Of a stretch of 64,000 nucleotides of DNA, positions 23,327 through 35,800 are shown one piece after another. Numbering within the stretch: position 1 is the first letter of the stretch; every line of letters begins with the position of its first letter. Both the position numbers and the translations under genes were made by a program. The stretch is from Squalus acanthias. Its lineage: Eukaryota. The stretch lies in NCBI GenBank assembly GCA_030390025.1, contig CM059432.1, positions 82,586,001 to 82,650,000 on the forward strand, read 5' to 3'. The notes beneath the pieces were generated by a model, which was given only the letters and a program-made list of their open reading frames with translations, searched no databases and was not told the origin of the DNA.

Positions 23327-25189
23327 CTATTCACCCTTATTGCCTCTCGTTACTGTGCCTTTGCCTACTCTAGTGCTCCTACGAAGTGTTGGCCCAGTGG
23401 CTGCAGCAGAGCTGGTGGAAGGCTGCTGAGTGTCCGTGCGGGAGACTTCAGATGGCCTTGCAGGACGCCCTTGACCAGCTCTGGGCCTGGAAGGCCCGGC
23501 TGTAGACTGCACCACCTCAACATGGGCGGCAGCAGTCTGGGCTGGTTGGATGACGGGCAGCGACAAGGGCAATGGCGGAGTGGCAGTGGTGGGAGCAGGA
23601 ATGCTGTCATCCTGAGAGAGGGCAGCAGGTACCTGCTCCACTGACCCACTGGCAATTCCCTGGGGCAGCACCTCAGCATCCCTAGCAATCTGCTGCAGCA
23701 TAAATTGCTGGCCTGCTGCGCCACCGTGAAAGCCCCGGTCGACGGTGGTAGACCCAGCCATGATGGCAGCAGGCAGAGCTTGCGTGGCATCAAACTGAGA
23801 CTGCGTGAGAGCAGTCTGAGATTGAATGGCACCAACCATAGACTGCATTACAGCACTAAGACGTTGCGTCACTTCTGCCTTGCTACAATGGAAGCTGCCA
23901 GATCGCCCATCACACGCGGCATCAAGTCTGGGTCACCACGGTCTCTCTGGGAGTCTACCATCCTTTGCAGACTGGAAATTTTGGGCTCCATGGTGTACGC
24001 AGAGCTTTGTGCAATGTTGGAGGCGGACTCCTCCATACTTCTTACCATTGCCGTCAGGCTCTCGGGTACCTTTGCCATTGCACCTATGATCTCCGTGTGC
24101 ATGACCATCACTCTTCTTCTAGAGGCCTCCCCATAGAGGTCCTCATCTGAGTCCTGTGCTGCAGAACTCGCCCTCCGGGGAGCTGGCTCCTGAGCTACCC
24201 TTTCCCTCTGGCCTTGCTGCAGCCCGCTTGTTCCCGGTGCCTCACGCTGTGCAGATCCCGCTACCATACTAGCCTCTAAAGAACACGTAGTGCCAGTATC
24301 TGAGCTGGTGCCTGCGGGTGAGATATGCAGTGATGTGGTGTGTTCTTTCTCCTCCTCTTCTCCCGCCTCGCTCTCAACGGTGCCCTCAGGTACAGGCTGC
24401 TCAGGTGCTTGCTCATTACCTGAAAGCATAAAGGTACAAGAGTCGGGTTAAGGTGAGGGGAGGGGAGCAGGAAGGGAGAAAGGCATGCATACAGCATGAT
24501 TAGCTGGAAAGTGCGAAAGGCTTGTGGGGTGAGGGGGAAGTGGGATGAACATACTGTTGTTGTCCCTAAGGGGGTCAAGGTCGCCAGTGGCCACGGCGCC
24601 CACCACCTGGCGCCCAATAATCTCCAGCATTCTATTTTCCAGCGCAGATTGTGGTTGGGTGTCGGCTTGTCCCCCGCCTGTGCGCTCCTGCTCCCTCCTG
24701 TTGTGAGCCACCTTGGCCTGCAAGAGAAAGGAAAGTGTGTGTGTGAGTGTGGAGCAATGTGTTTGGGTGATGTGCCTGCCATAGTTGAATAGCTGTCATT
24801 GTGTGCAAGGTGTGAGATGTGGGTGTGAGTGTTGGTAGGTAGAGATTGTTGGTGGGTGAGTGCTGGGGGTGTGGTGCTTTGGCCAATGTGGCAGACTGTG
24901 GTTCAGACGGTGGTATGTAGCATTTGTAGAGGCATTGACTCACCCTGACCACCTGAGTGAGGTCGTTAAATTTCTCCCTGCACTGTGTGTGGTTCCTGGA
25001 GATGACAGTGCTGCCCGAGACATGCTGGGCAACCTCCCTCCACATGGCACGGAAGACTTGTGGTGAGGGCCTCCTGCCACTTGCCGGGTACAGCACCGCC
25101 CCCCGTCTCCCCACAGCGGACACCAACTCCTCCAATGCTTGGTCTGAAAATCTGCGGGCTCTCTCCCTGGGGCGTGGATCTGCCATCAT
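23327..25189 (-). pseudogene. Harbinger Myb/SANT-like DNA-binding protein, three exons (25189-24944, 24717-24555, 24419-23327), one frameshift ~23880
   Basis: RFSDQALEELV..MWREVA..RNHTQCREKFNDL; phase-compatible GTGAGT/TTGCAG and GTATGT/TTTCAG introns; AKVAHNRREQERTGGG after the Myb domain. Confidence 0.88.
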
Positions 25190-25257
25190 GACACCTGCTT
25201 GAGTCGTCCGGCTCCTTGGGCTTGGGCTTGGCCTGCTCCTGCTTGCTGACACTGGTT

Positions 25258-25387
25258 CACAGCCAGCAATGCTGAGAATGAGGTTCTGCAGCATCAATGA
25301 ACCTCCCCTTTAAGAACTGGAAAGAGCCTGTGACAATGATGACTTGCGATTAGATTGCACCTGATATTGGTTAGCGCTTTGAGTGTA
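25258..25387 (-). promoter_or_regulatory. 130-bp Harbinger block upstream of the Myb gene (putative promoter), copy 1 of 3
   Basis: On the - strand: GCGCTAA, CCAAT, TTCTTAAAGGGG, TCATTC; ends 69 bp before the Myb ATG; promoter role is inferred. Confidence 0.55.
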
Positions 25388-25455
25388 CTCTTTTTTGATT
25401 GGGTGGTGAAACAAATAAACTGTAACTAATATAGCTTTAAATAAAACTTAACAAC

Positions 25456-28400
25456 TTAAATAAAAATTGTGTTGGCCGGGGTGATGATGCACTCCAGTCC
25501 CCGCGGCGCCCACCGGTCGCGGAAGGCCTTGAGCGTGCCGGCGGACACCGCGTGCTCCATCTCCAGGGCCACCCGGGCGCAAACGTGGCCACGGAAGAGA
25601 GGCAGGCAGTCGGGCTGAACGACCCCCTTGACCGCCCGCTGCCTGGACCAGTTAATGGCCACTTTGGCCAGGCCCAGGAGAAGCCCGCTCCCCTCCGCAC
25701 CAGGTGACCAAAGATCAGGAGCGTGGGACTGAAGTGCATCCAAAAATCGAGGAGCAGCCCCTTCAAATAATGGAAGAGGGGCTGCAACATCTCACATTCC
25801 ATATATACGTGGAACATGGACTCCTCCAGGCCGCAGAAAAGGCAGGCGGCCTGGGAGTCCGTGAACCTACTTAAAACCATATTGCACGGGACTACTCTGT
25901 GCAACACCCTCCAGGCCAAGTCCCCAATAGAACAAGGGAGGACTCCCGCGTAGAGAGCCCTCCATTGGGGACCTCCGCCTCCACCGGACGGCAAGATGAC
26001 ACGCCAAGGCATGTCCGAACGGCAGACGAAGATGGCAAAGTGGAAAGTGTACAGGAGCAGCCCGTACAGGAAATGCCTCCGTGCAGAACTAAAAGGCACG
26101 GAGGGCATATCCCCGAGACAGCTCAAGTTGTGAGGCGCCGGTTCCCGAGAGGGGTTTCGGGGCCGGGCGCCGATGAGGAATTCCGTCCGAACGGGGGTCA
26201 GTTCCAACGGGATCGCCCCACGTGCTTGAGCCTCCTCGATACACCTAGTCAGGGCCCAGTGCCACTTTCAGCGACTCGATGGCTTTGGCTGTGCCAGCTC
26301 CACCGGCGCCATCCAGCCCGCTCCTCCGCCATCGAGCAGGTCCCCGATTCTAGTCACCTTGCCAGGCACGGCCCTGCCCTCCGCCAGCCACCCGAACCCG
26401 CTGTCGTGGAGGTGCGGATTCCTGAGCAGCGGCTCCCGAAGGACAGCCGCCACTCCTGACGGGGGAGAACTCTGTCTGCAGGCGACCTTGTTCCAGACCC
26501 ATAGCAGTTCCTGGTAGAAGACAGGCAGCTCCTGCAAGCAGGCCCGGGTACCACCCAGTTTCACAAACAGGGGCTGCGTGTCGTAATTGAGGCCGTGCAG
26601 CTGGCAGAAGAAATACATCGCCAGCGCACACCCTCTGGGAGGATCCTCGCTGTACAGGTATCTCTGCAGGGTCTGAAGATGGAAAGTCGCAGCCTGGGTG
26701 CGAAGGCACACCAGCGCCTGACCGCCCTCCCTAAGCGGGAGACTCAGAACTGTGGCAGAGACCCAGTGCTTCCTTTTGTCCCAGAAGAAGTCGATGAGCT
26801 TCTTCTGTATCTTGGCGACAAACGCAGGGGGAAGGATCAAAGTGACCAACTGGTACCACAACATGGCAGCCACCAGCTGGTTTATGGCCAGCGCTCGACC
26901 CCTGTAGGACACCACTCAGAGCAGTCCTGTCCATGACTTGCCCCTCGAGAGCTGGACGAGGGCGCCAGTCAGCTCCGCCAGGCTTAGCCGAGCGTCCAAT
27001 TTTTCAGCACCCTCTGGGCCGACCTTCGGCAGATCCTCCCACAAAACTCTGTGCGCATCCTCACTGGATGGATCTGGAGAGAAGAGAGCCCCGTAAAAGG
27101 CCCGGGCCTCCGCGCTGATGCCCAACGGATCCGAGACCAGAGATCCATCGTCGGCCAGCAGCCCCAAGAGCTGCTTACGGACTCCGTCTTTTTTCCAGCG
27201 AGCGGTGACTTTGGCCTCCAGCTCTCGCCAGTTCGCTGGCCAGGCGTCCTCAGCCAGGCTAAGGTAGACTCCCAAGTAGAGGAGGTGCGTTGTGCTCCAG
27301 GTGAAAGGTCTGAGCTCCTCCGGCAGGGAGTCCACCCGCCACTGACCCACCAGGAGTCCGGAATATTTCTCCCAATTGATCTTGGCGGAGGATGCGTCCG
27401 AATAAATCTGCTGGCATTCTCGCATCCTCCGCAAGTCGACGGGATCCGTGACCATGAGGAGCACGTCATCGGCGTAAGCCGAGAGGACGACCTGAGTCCT
27501 GTCAACTTCTTCCGCAAGAGGCGCAGGAAAGGCTCCATGCAGACGGCATATAACTGACCGGACTTGGGGCATCTCTGACGTACCCCTTTCCCAAAGTGAA
27601 GGGGCGCCGTCAAAGACCCGTTAACTTTAATCAGACACTCCGCGGCGGTGTACAGAAGTCGGATCTGGGCGAAGAAATGCGTCCCGAACCCGAATGCGTG
27701 CAGAGGCCCGAAGAGATACTCGTGATCCACCCTGTCAAACGCCTTCTCCTGATTCAGGGAAAGGAAGGCGACCGACAGACCAGCCCTCTGGGAATGGTGG
27801 ACCAGATCCCGGATCAGATGGATATTATCGTGGATGGTCCGGCCCGGGACCGTGTAGGACTGGTCGGGGTGGATCATGTGGGCCAGCACGGTGCCAAGGC
27901 GGGCAGACATGGCCCTGGCAAAGATTTTGTAATCCATGCTGAGGAGGGAGACTGGGCGCCAGTTCTTAAGAAGGCGGAGATCGCCCTTCTTGGGCAGCAG
28001 GACAACGACCGTCCTGCGCCAAGAGAGGGGCATCTCCACGTTCGCCAGACTTTCCCCCAGGACCCGCGCGTAGTCACCCCCCAAGACGTCCCAGAACGCC
28101 CTGTGGAACTCCACGGTCAGCCCGTCCAGCCCCAGGGACTTGCCCCTTGAGAGCTGGCCGAGGGCGCCGGTCAGCTCCGCCAAGCTTAGCGGAGCGTCCA
28201 ATTTCTCGGCGCCCTCCGGGCCGACCTTCAGCAGCTCCTCCTACAAAACTCTGCGCGCATCCTCGCTGGACGGATCCGGAGAGAATAGAGCCCCGTAATA
28301 GGCCCGGGCGTCCGCGCTGATCCCCTCCGGATCCGAGACCAGAGATCCGTCGTCGGCCAGCAGCCCCAAGAGCTGCTTACGGACCCCCCGTCTTTTTTCC

Positions 28401-29487
28401 AGCGAGTAGAAGAAGGGGGAGCCGCGGTCCAGGTCCCGGAGGAACTGGATCCGCGACCTCACGTACGCGCCTCGGGACCCGACCAGCTGCAGGTCCTTCA
28501 GCGCGCCCTTCTTCTCTTCGTACACCTTCCGCAGGGCCGGGTCTTCGACAACTTGACCGAGACGGGACTCCAGGTCGAGCACTTCTTTCTCCAATCGCCC
28601 GACCCGGGCCTCCCGCCTCTTGGTCGACCCCTTCGCGTACTCCTGACAGAAGACGCGGACGTGAGCCTTGCCCACGTCCCACCATAGCCTCAAGGAGGGG
28701 AAGCCCCCCTGCTTCCTTCTCCAGTCGGCCCAGAACCGACGAAACGAATCCTGGAACCGCACGTCCTCCAGCAGCAGGTTATTGAAATGCCAGTACACGG
28801 ACCCCCCCACCGCGCAGCGGAGCAAGCTCCGCCCACATCAGGTGGTGGTCCGTGCACGGCACCGGCCGCATGGAAGCCGCCGGAACGCAGGAGACGTACG
28901 CCCGGGAAAATGTAAAGGCGGTCGATTCTGGACCTTCCTCCTCCAGACCTCACGCTAGTGAAGGCGCTGCAGTCGGGATGGAGATTTCGCCAGACGTCCA
29001 CCAAGTCAAAGGACCCGACCAAGTCCCTCAACTTCTCCATCACCACCGGGCTTCGCGGGGGACCCTAATGGTCCCTCGCCTCGAGGGTGCAGTTAAAATC
29101 CCCGAGGATGATGCACTCGCCGACGTCGATGGAGCCCAGAAGAGCGGACACTTCTTCAAAGAAGTGCACTAAATGGAGCAGCACACCCCCCAGGCGAACA
29201 GTGACCTGGAGCAAGCGGCCCGACACATGCTCCTTGACCCTCAAGATCTCCGGCTGAAAATGTGGGGCCAGCAAGATGGCCACCCCGCAGGAATTGTTGG
29301 AGAGGTGACTCATGCTGACCCCTCCTTGCCACTCCAGGAGCCACGTGGCCTCGTCTCCCGGAACGGTGTGGGTTTCTTGCAGGAAGCACACCGCATACTT
29401 CCCGTCCTGAAGGACCGAGAAGTTATTAAATCTACGGCGCGCCTCCCTGCTGCTGTTGGTGTTGAAGCTGGCTATGGTTATCTTCAT
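25456..29487 (-). pseudogene. Tx1 ORF2 (copy A): APE endonuclease, RT, C-terminal CxxC..H..C; many frameshifts, deletions and one templated insertion
   Basis: MKITIASFN..FLQETH..GDFN; NWRPVSLL; AYADD; CLFCGLEESMFHVYMEC. Confidence 0.92.
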
Positions 29488-29512
29488 ATCAGAAGCATAG
29501 TGCAACCTCTAC

Positions 29513-31670
29513 CTAAACCTGACGGGGGGAGGGAGCGCAGTCACGTGACAACCACCACTCCCTCAGCAGCCCAGTGAGGAACGTTCTGAGCCGACGCAGC
29601 TCGAGCCGGCTCACGCCCTTGTCCGCGCCCATGATTTTAATGGCGGCGTGGACGGACCCGACGAGCATTGCCAGCTCCGACCACCTGTCGAGGGCCAGCC
29701 GGATTTTATTGTGACGGTCCAGGCGCTTGGCAATAAAATCCCGGAGTTCCGCAACGGGGATGAGGGGAGAGTCGGTGAGGGGCACGAGGGCATCCACCGC
29801 CTCACTGGCGATGGAGTCCAAATCGTCCCCAGTGCCCTCCACCAATCCCCGTCCTCCTCCAGGAGGTCGTCACCAGCGGCCGACCCGTCCGTCACACGGG
29901 GTGCAGCGAATGGCTCGGCCGCACCGGCCGGCCCTGCCTCTGTCCCGATCCCACCCCCAGGATCAACGGCAGAGGAGTCCTCCCTAGGCTCCTCCAGGGG
30001 CGCCGGGCCGGGAGGCAGCGGCGGTTTGGGGTCCCTCCGCCTCAGGCGCCGGGGCGTCCGGAGAAACCGGGGAGAAAACAATTCCCAGTTCCTCCAACAC
30101 GCCCGGCGCCAACGTCAGAGACAGAGTCATGGGGCCTTCCCCTTCCCTGCCACCAGCCACTGACCCAGCGGACTGGGTATTTTGATTGTATTCCTCGACC
30201 AGGTCGAGCAGTCCCTGGGAGAAATCTGGATTACAATGGGCGAGTTCAGCTTCTTCGGCCTCGCCCGCCCCAGTCCCCAGGACGCCCGACCCGGCGAGGA
30301 GTTCGGTTCCATTGATATATTTATATTATTATTTTCCGCGGGTTGTTCCGCGGCCCCCCCCCCCACCCGGGCAGGGTCTCTTCCCCATCCCCGGGAGGCA
30401 CAGGCTGGACAGACACATCTGTCTCACCCTCCCGAGGGACAGGCGACCCCTGCCGAATACTCGTGATGGTGGCGGCGGGGGGGGGGGGCGCAGCTCCCGC
30501 GGCGTGCGACGACTCCCCTTGTACAGAGGGACCTTCCTCCTCGCGGTCCTCCTCCTCTTCCAGGGAGTTGCGTCTTCTTTTTAGTCTGGAGGGACGCGGA
30601 GGGTGGGAGACCTCCATGTCTGCCGAGGCCTCCGCCTCCGCTCCCTCCTGTCGAGTGGGTTTCTTGGGCCCCTCGGGCCCGAGCCCAGCCGCAGGTCTTG
30701 ATTTTTCTGCCTTGGCAGTTGCGGTCACAGGCTCGGGCACGAGGCCCTCCCCACGCTCATATGCCGCCACTAACTCCGCAAGGAGCGCGGGTGTAAGTTC
30801 CAATAATTCGGTTTGCTCAACGAGGGGACCCGCCTTAAGGTGTTTTGTCTTCCGCCGTGCCTTCCTTCTGCCCGGACGCTCTCCCCCCCACCACCCCCCC
30901 GCCCCCGCCAGAGGCCGTGATGGCGTTGGCCTCCGACATCGACCGTGCATCCGTTGGCTTTGACGCGCGGACAGTATCAGGGGGAGGAGCGGCGGCGGCA
31001 CCAGCCCCGGCTGCACTTGATATTCTGGTGGCCTTGGAGGCGGGGCAGTTTTTCCTGATATGCCTCACCTCCTTACAGGCGTGGCACCGCACACCGTCCG
31101 ACGTCCAGAAGACGCGGTAGGCAGTCCCCTCGTGGCGCACCATAAAAGCACCGTCGGTGTCCTCCTCCCGCGCCAGCTGGACAAAAAGCTGGCGCCGGAA
31201 GGAGAAGATGTGCCGGAGGCTGGCTTCCTGGAAGCCGAGCGGGATGGGTGTAATCCCCGACCTCACCTCCCCCAGTTGACGTAGGTGGGGGAGGAGGAGC
31301 TCACCAGGAACAAAGGGCGGGACGTTGGAAATTACTATCCTTTGCGCGGTGGCCTCGAGAGGGTCCACCGGCAGGAAGGTCCCGCCCACGGTGAGCCCCT
31401 TTTCGATGGCCAGGGACACCGCCCGCTCCAACCCCAGTAAGAACACAGCCTTCCCGTACATTTTAGAGGCGGCGACGATGGCTGAAGGGCTGACAACCCC
31501 AGCCATGGCTTTAACACACGCCTCTATCGTCATGTTGGAGTGAGTGTAGCTCTTGACCCCATTTTTTTTGTAATTAACCTGAATGGTGACGGGGCAGCGG
31601 GAGCAGCTGTGGCTGCCACACCCGCGTACGTCCTCGCTGACCCCGCCACCGGCGAAGATGGGGTCGCCAT
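29513..31670 (-). pseudogene. Tx1 ORF1 (copy A): RRM-like region, CCHC zinc knuckle, low-complexity C-terminus; frameshifted
   Basis: IVAASKMYGKAVF, ISNVPPF, SFRRQ, CHACKEVRHIRKNC. Confidence 0.9.
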
Positions 31671-31890
31671 AAGTGGATTGTTCTTTCTAAGGGCTACACT
31701 CACCCCAAGTCACAGGCCTGAAGATGTTGGTTATGGCCTTGGTAGTTTTTTTTTCTCTCCCTTGAGCAGAGGGAGTTGTTAAATTGAAGGCACACCTCTC
31801 CCCTTATTGATTGAATTAGGAGAGGGGCCTTCTCCCCTCTGCTCAATAAGTAATTAATAAAATAAATTGAGGTGCCTCTCAGAGAGAGGC

Positions 31891-31940
<50 letters not shown>

Positions 31941-32630
31941 AAGGAGGGAGGCCGCAAGGGCGTGGTCACCACTCAGGATGGTGCATGGGTGGGTGTTGGC
32001 AGGGGTGCACTCTCCAATGTAAATGAAAGTCTCTGTTGGTGGTCTTCTGGTGGGGGGAGAAGATGTCTTCACCTGGGAAAGCTGGAGATACCCAGGCTCA
32101 GTCCTGCACCAGGTCTTAACGATGTTCAATATGATGTAATTAAAGTGTGGACTTCACCTAGGCAGCTCCAGCTGTCCCAGGTTTAGGCAATGAGAAGGGG
32201 TGTTTATTAGTGGTGTGTGTGGCCTAGTTTTTTTTACAAGAGCTACACACACACACCCCTTGGTGTTCCAGCCTTCTTTTCTTCTTTCCTCCCCCCACCT
32301 ACAATACAAAGTCTCTGGGAGAGTGCACCAGAAATAACACCCACCTGTAGATGTTCAAAATGATGCTGTTCCCTCCTTCCAAACAGTTGATGTTTCTTAC
32401 TGTTGGACTGTTGTGTTCTCCCCTCTCTTCTAAAATGGAGGCCAATTGGGGAGGCAGTGTTGGAAAGGCCTCTCCTCTGATGTTCTTCTTATGGGCCTTC
32501 TTTTTCTTTCTCCTCTCCTGTCCTCTCTCTCCAGGCACCCCAGCTGTTGTTGTTGTAGTGGTAGTGGTGGTGGTCTGCAATCTGGTCTCCTCCTCTTCCT
32601 GGTCAAAGAGACCTCCACTCCACTCTGCTT

Positions 32631-32757
32631 CACTGCCAGCATTGCTGAGAATGAGGTCCTGCAGCATCGATGAACCTCCCCTTTAAGAACTGGAAAGAGC
32701 CTGTGGCAATGACTTGCGATTAGACTGCACCTGATATTGGTTAGCGCTTTGAGTGTA
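32631..32757 (-). repeat. Copy 2 of the Harbinger block (127 bp), between the two Tx1 elements
   Basis: Direct repeat of 25258-25387 and 39853-39982 with a 3-bp deletion. Confidence 0.95.
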
Positions 32758-32824
32758 CTCTTTTTGATTGGGTACTAAACCAAATAACTGTAAATCAATA
32801 AAACTTTAAATAAACCTTAACAAA

Positions 32825-35800
32825 TTAAATTAAAATTTGGCAGCCCGGGGTGACGATGCACTCCAGTCCCCGCGGCGCCCACCGGTCGCGGAAAAACTCA
32901 AGCGTGCCGGTGGACACCGCGTGTTCCATCTCCAGGGCCACCCGGGCGCGAACATGGCCGCGGAAGACAGGCAGGCAATCGGGCCGAACGATCCCCTCGA
33001 CCGCCCGCTGCCTGGACCAATTAATGGCTTTCTTGGCCAGGCCCAGGAGCAGTCCTACAAGGAGGTCCTCCGACCTGCCCGCTCCCCTACGCACCGGGTG
33101 ACCAAAGATCAGGAGTGTGGGGCTAAAGTGCAACCAAAAATCGAGGAGCAGCCCCTTCAAATAATGAAAGAGGGGCTGCAACCTCTCACACTCAGTATAA
33201 ACGTGAAAGACGGACTCCTCCAGGCCGCAAAAATGGCAAGCAGCCTGGGAGTCCGTAAACCTATTTAAAACCCTATTGCACGGGACTGCTCCGTGCAACA
33301 CCCTCCAGGCCAAGTCCCCAATAGAACAAGGGAAGACTCCCGCGTAGAGAGCCCTCCATTGGGGACCTTCGCCTCCGCCGGACAGCAGGATGGCACGCCA
33401 AGGCGTGTCCGGACGGCAGACGAAGATGGCAAAGTGGAGAGTGTGCAGGAGCAGCCCATACAGGAAACGCCTCCGTGCGGAATGAAAGGGCACGGAGGGC
33501 ATTTCTCCGAGAAAACTCAAGTGGTCAGACGGCGGCTCCCGAGGGAGGATTCGGGGCCGGGCGCCGATGAGGAATTCCGTCCGAACGGAGGTCAGCTCGG
33601 ACGGGATCGCCCCACGTGCTTGAGCCTCCTCGATACACCTAGTGGAGACGGGGCCCAGTGCCACTTTTAGCGACTCGATGGCTTTGACCGTGAGTCGGAC
33701 GTTGACCCAGGACAGGCGCCTCGCCAGCTCCTCCAGCGCCATCCAGCCCGATCCTCCGCCATCGAGCAGGTACCCGACTCTAGTCACCTTACCGGGCACA
33801 GCCCTGCCCTCCGCCAGCTACCCGAACCCGTGGGCGTGGAGGTGCGGATTCCTGAGCAGCGGCTCCCGAAGGACAGTCGTCACTCCTGATGGGGGAGAAC
33901 TGCGCCTGGAGGCGACGCTGTTCCAAACCCATAGCAGTTCCTGGTAGAAGACAGGCAGCTCCCGCAAGCAGGCACGTGTGCCGCCCACTCTCACAAACAG
34001 GAGCTGCGTGTCGTAATTGAGGCCGTGCAGCTGGCGGAAGAAATACGTCGCCAGCGCACGCCATCTAGGAGGATTCTCCACGTACAGGTATCTCTGCAGC
34101 GTCTGAAGACAGAAAGTCGCCGCCTGGGTGCGAAGGCACACCAGCGCCTGACCGCCCTCCCTAAGCGGGAGACTCAGAACCGCGGCAGAGACCCAGTGCT
34201 TCCTTTTGTCCCAGAAGAGGTCGACGAGTTTCTTCTGCATCTTGGCGACAAACGCAGGGGAAGAGATCAAAGTGACCAACCGGTACCACAACATGGCGGC
34301 CACCAGCTGGTTTATGACCAGCGATCGACCCCTGTAGGACAGCACTCGGAGCAGCCCTGTCCAGCGCCCTAGGCGAGCGGTGACTTTGGCCTCCAGCTCT
34401 TGCCAGTTCGCCGGCCAGGCGTCCTCGGCGGGGCTGAGGTAGACCCCCAAGTAGAGGAGTTGTGTTATGCTCCAGGCGAAGGGCCTGAACTCCTCCGGCA
34501 GGGAGTCCACCCGCCACGGGCCCACCAGGAGTCCAGAACATTTCTCCCAGTTGATCTTAGCGGAGGATGCGTCCGAGTAAATCTGCTGGCATTCTCGCAT
34601 CCTCCGCAAGTCGACGGGATCCGTGACTGTGAGGAGCACGTCATCGGCGTAAGCCGAGAGGACGACCTCCACGCCCGGCCCTTGCGGAGCCAGTCCCATC
34701 AACCTCTTCCGCAAGAGGCGCAGGAAAGGCTCCATGCAAACGGCGTATAACTGACCGGACATGGGGCATCCCTGACGCACCCCCCTCCTGAAGCGAAGGG
34801 GCACCGTCAAAGACCCGTTAACTTTAATCAGACACTCCGCGGCAACGTACAGAAGTCGGATCCGGGCAACGAAATGCGTCCCGAACCCGAAAGCGCGCCG
34901 AGTCCCGAAAAGATACTCGTGATCCACCCAGTCGAACGCCTTCTCCTGATCCAGGGAAAGGAAGGCGACCGACAGACCAGCCCTCTGGGAATGGTGGACC
35001 AGGTCCCGGACCAGGTGGATGTTGTCGTGGATGCTCCGGCCCGGGACCGTGTAGGACTGGTCGGGGTGGATCATGTGGGCCAGCACGGTGCCAAGGCGAG
35101 CAGACATAGCCCTGGCGAAAATTTTGTAGTCCGTGCTGAGGAGGGAGACCGGGTGCCAGTTCTTAAGTAGGCGGAGATTGCCCTTCTTAGGCAGCAGGAC
35201 AATGACCGCCCTGCGCCAAGAGAGGGGCATCTCCCCGGTCGCCAGACTTTCCCCCAGGACCCGCGCGTAGTCGCCCCCCAAGACGTCCCAGAACGCCCTG
35301 TGGAACTCCATGGTCAGCCCGTCCAGCCCCGGGGACTTGCCCCTCGAGAGCTGGCGCAGGGCGCCGGTCAGCTCCGCCAGGCTTAGCGGAGCTTCCAATT
35401 TCTCGGCGCCCTCCGGGCCAACCTTCGGCAGGTCCTCCCACGAAACACTGCGCGCATCTTCGCTGGATGGATCTGGAGAGAACAGAGCCCCGTAATAGGC
35501 CCGGGCGTCCGCGCTGATCCCCTCCGGATCCGAGACCAGAGATCCGTCATCGGCCAGCAGCCCCAAGAGCTGCTTACGGACCCCCCGTCTTTTTTCCAGC
35601 GAGTAGAAGAAGGGGGAGCCGCGGTCCAGGTCTCGCAGGAACTGGATCCGCGACCTCACGTACGCGCCTCGGGACCCGACCAGCTGCAGGTCCTTCAGCG
35701 CGCCCTTCTTCTCTTCGTACACCTTCCGCAGGGCCGGGTCCTCGACGACTTGACCGAGACGGGACTCCAGGTCGAGCACTTCTTTCTCCAATCGCCCGAC

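Larger units (their letters stand above)
25388..32630 (-). mobile_element. Tx1-clade non-LTR retrotransposon, copy A (full length, more decayed)
   Basis: ~1-kb 5' UTR, ORF1 with CCHC knuckle, ORF2 APE-RT-zinc finger; 3' end ..CCAATCAAAAAAGAG abuts the 130-bp block. Confidence 0.92.

Noticed and set aside
21961..25189. Domesticated host genes HARBI1 / NAIF1 / MSANTD
   Set aside because: They lie within TIRs and a TSD and carry stops, frameshifts and catalytic substitutions, so they are transposon pseudogenes.
31762..31877. Canonical HDV-like ribozyme in the Tx1 UTR
   Set aside because: The helix order is similar, but P1.1, P4 and the catalytic J4/2 context are not evident; reported only as a pseudoknot candidate.
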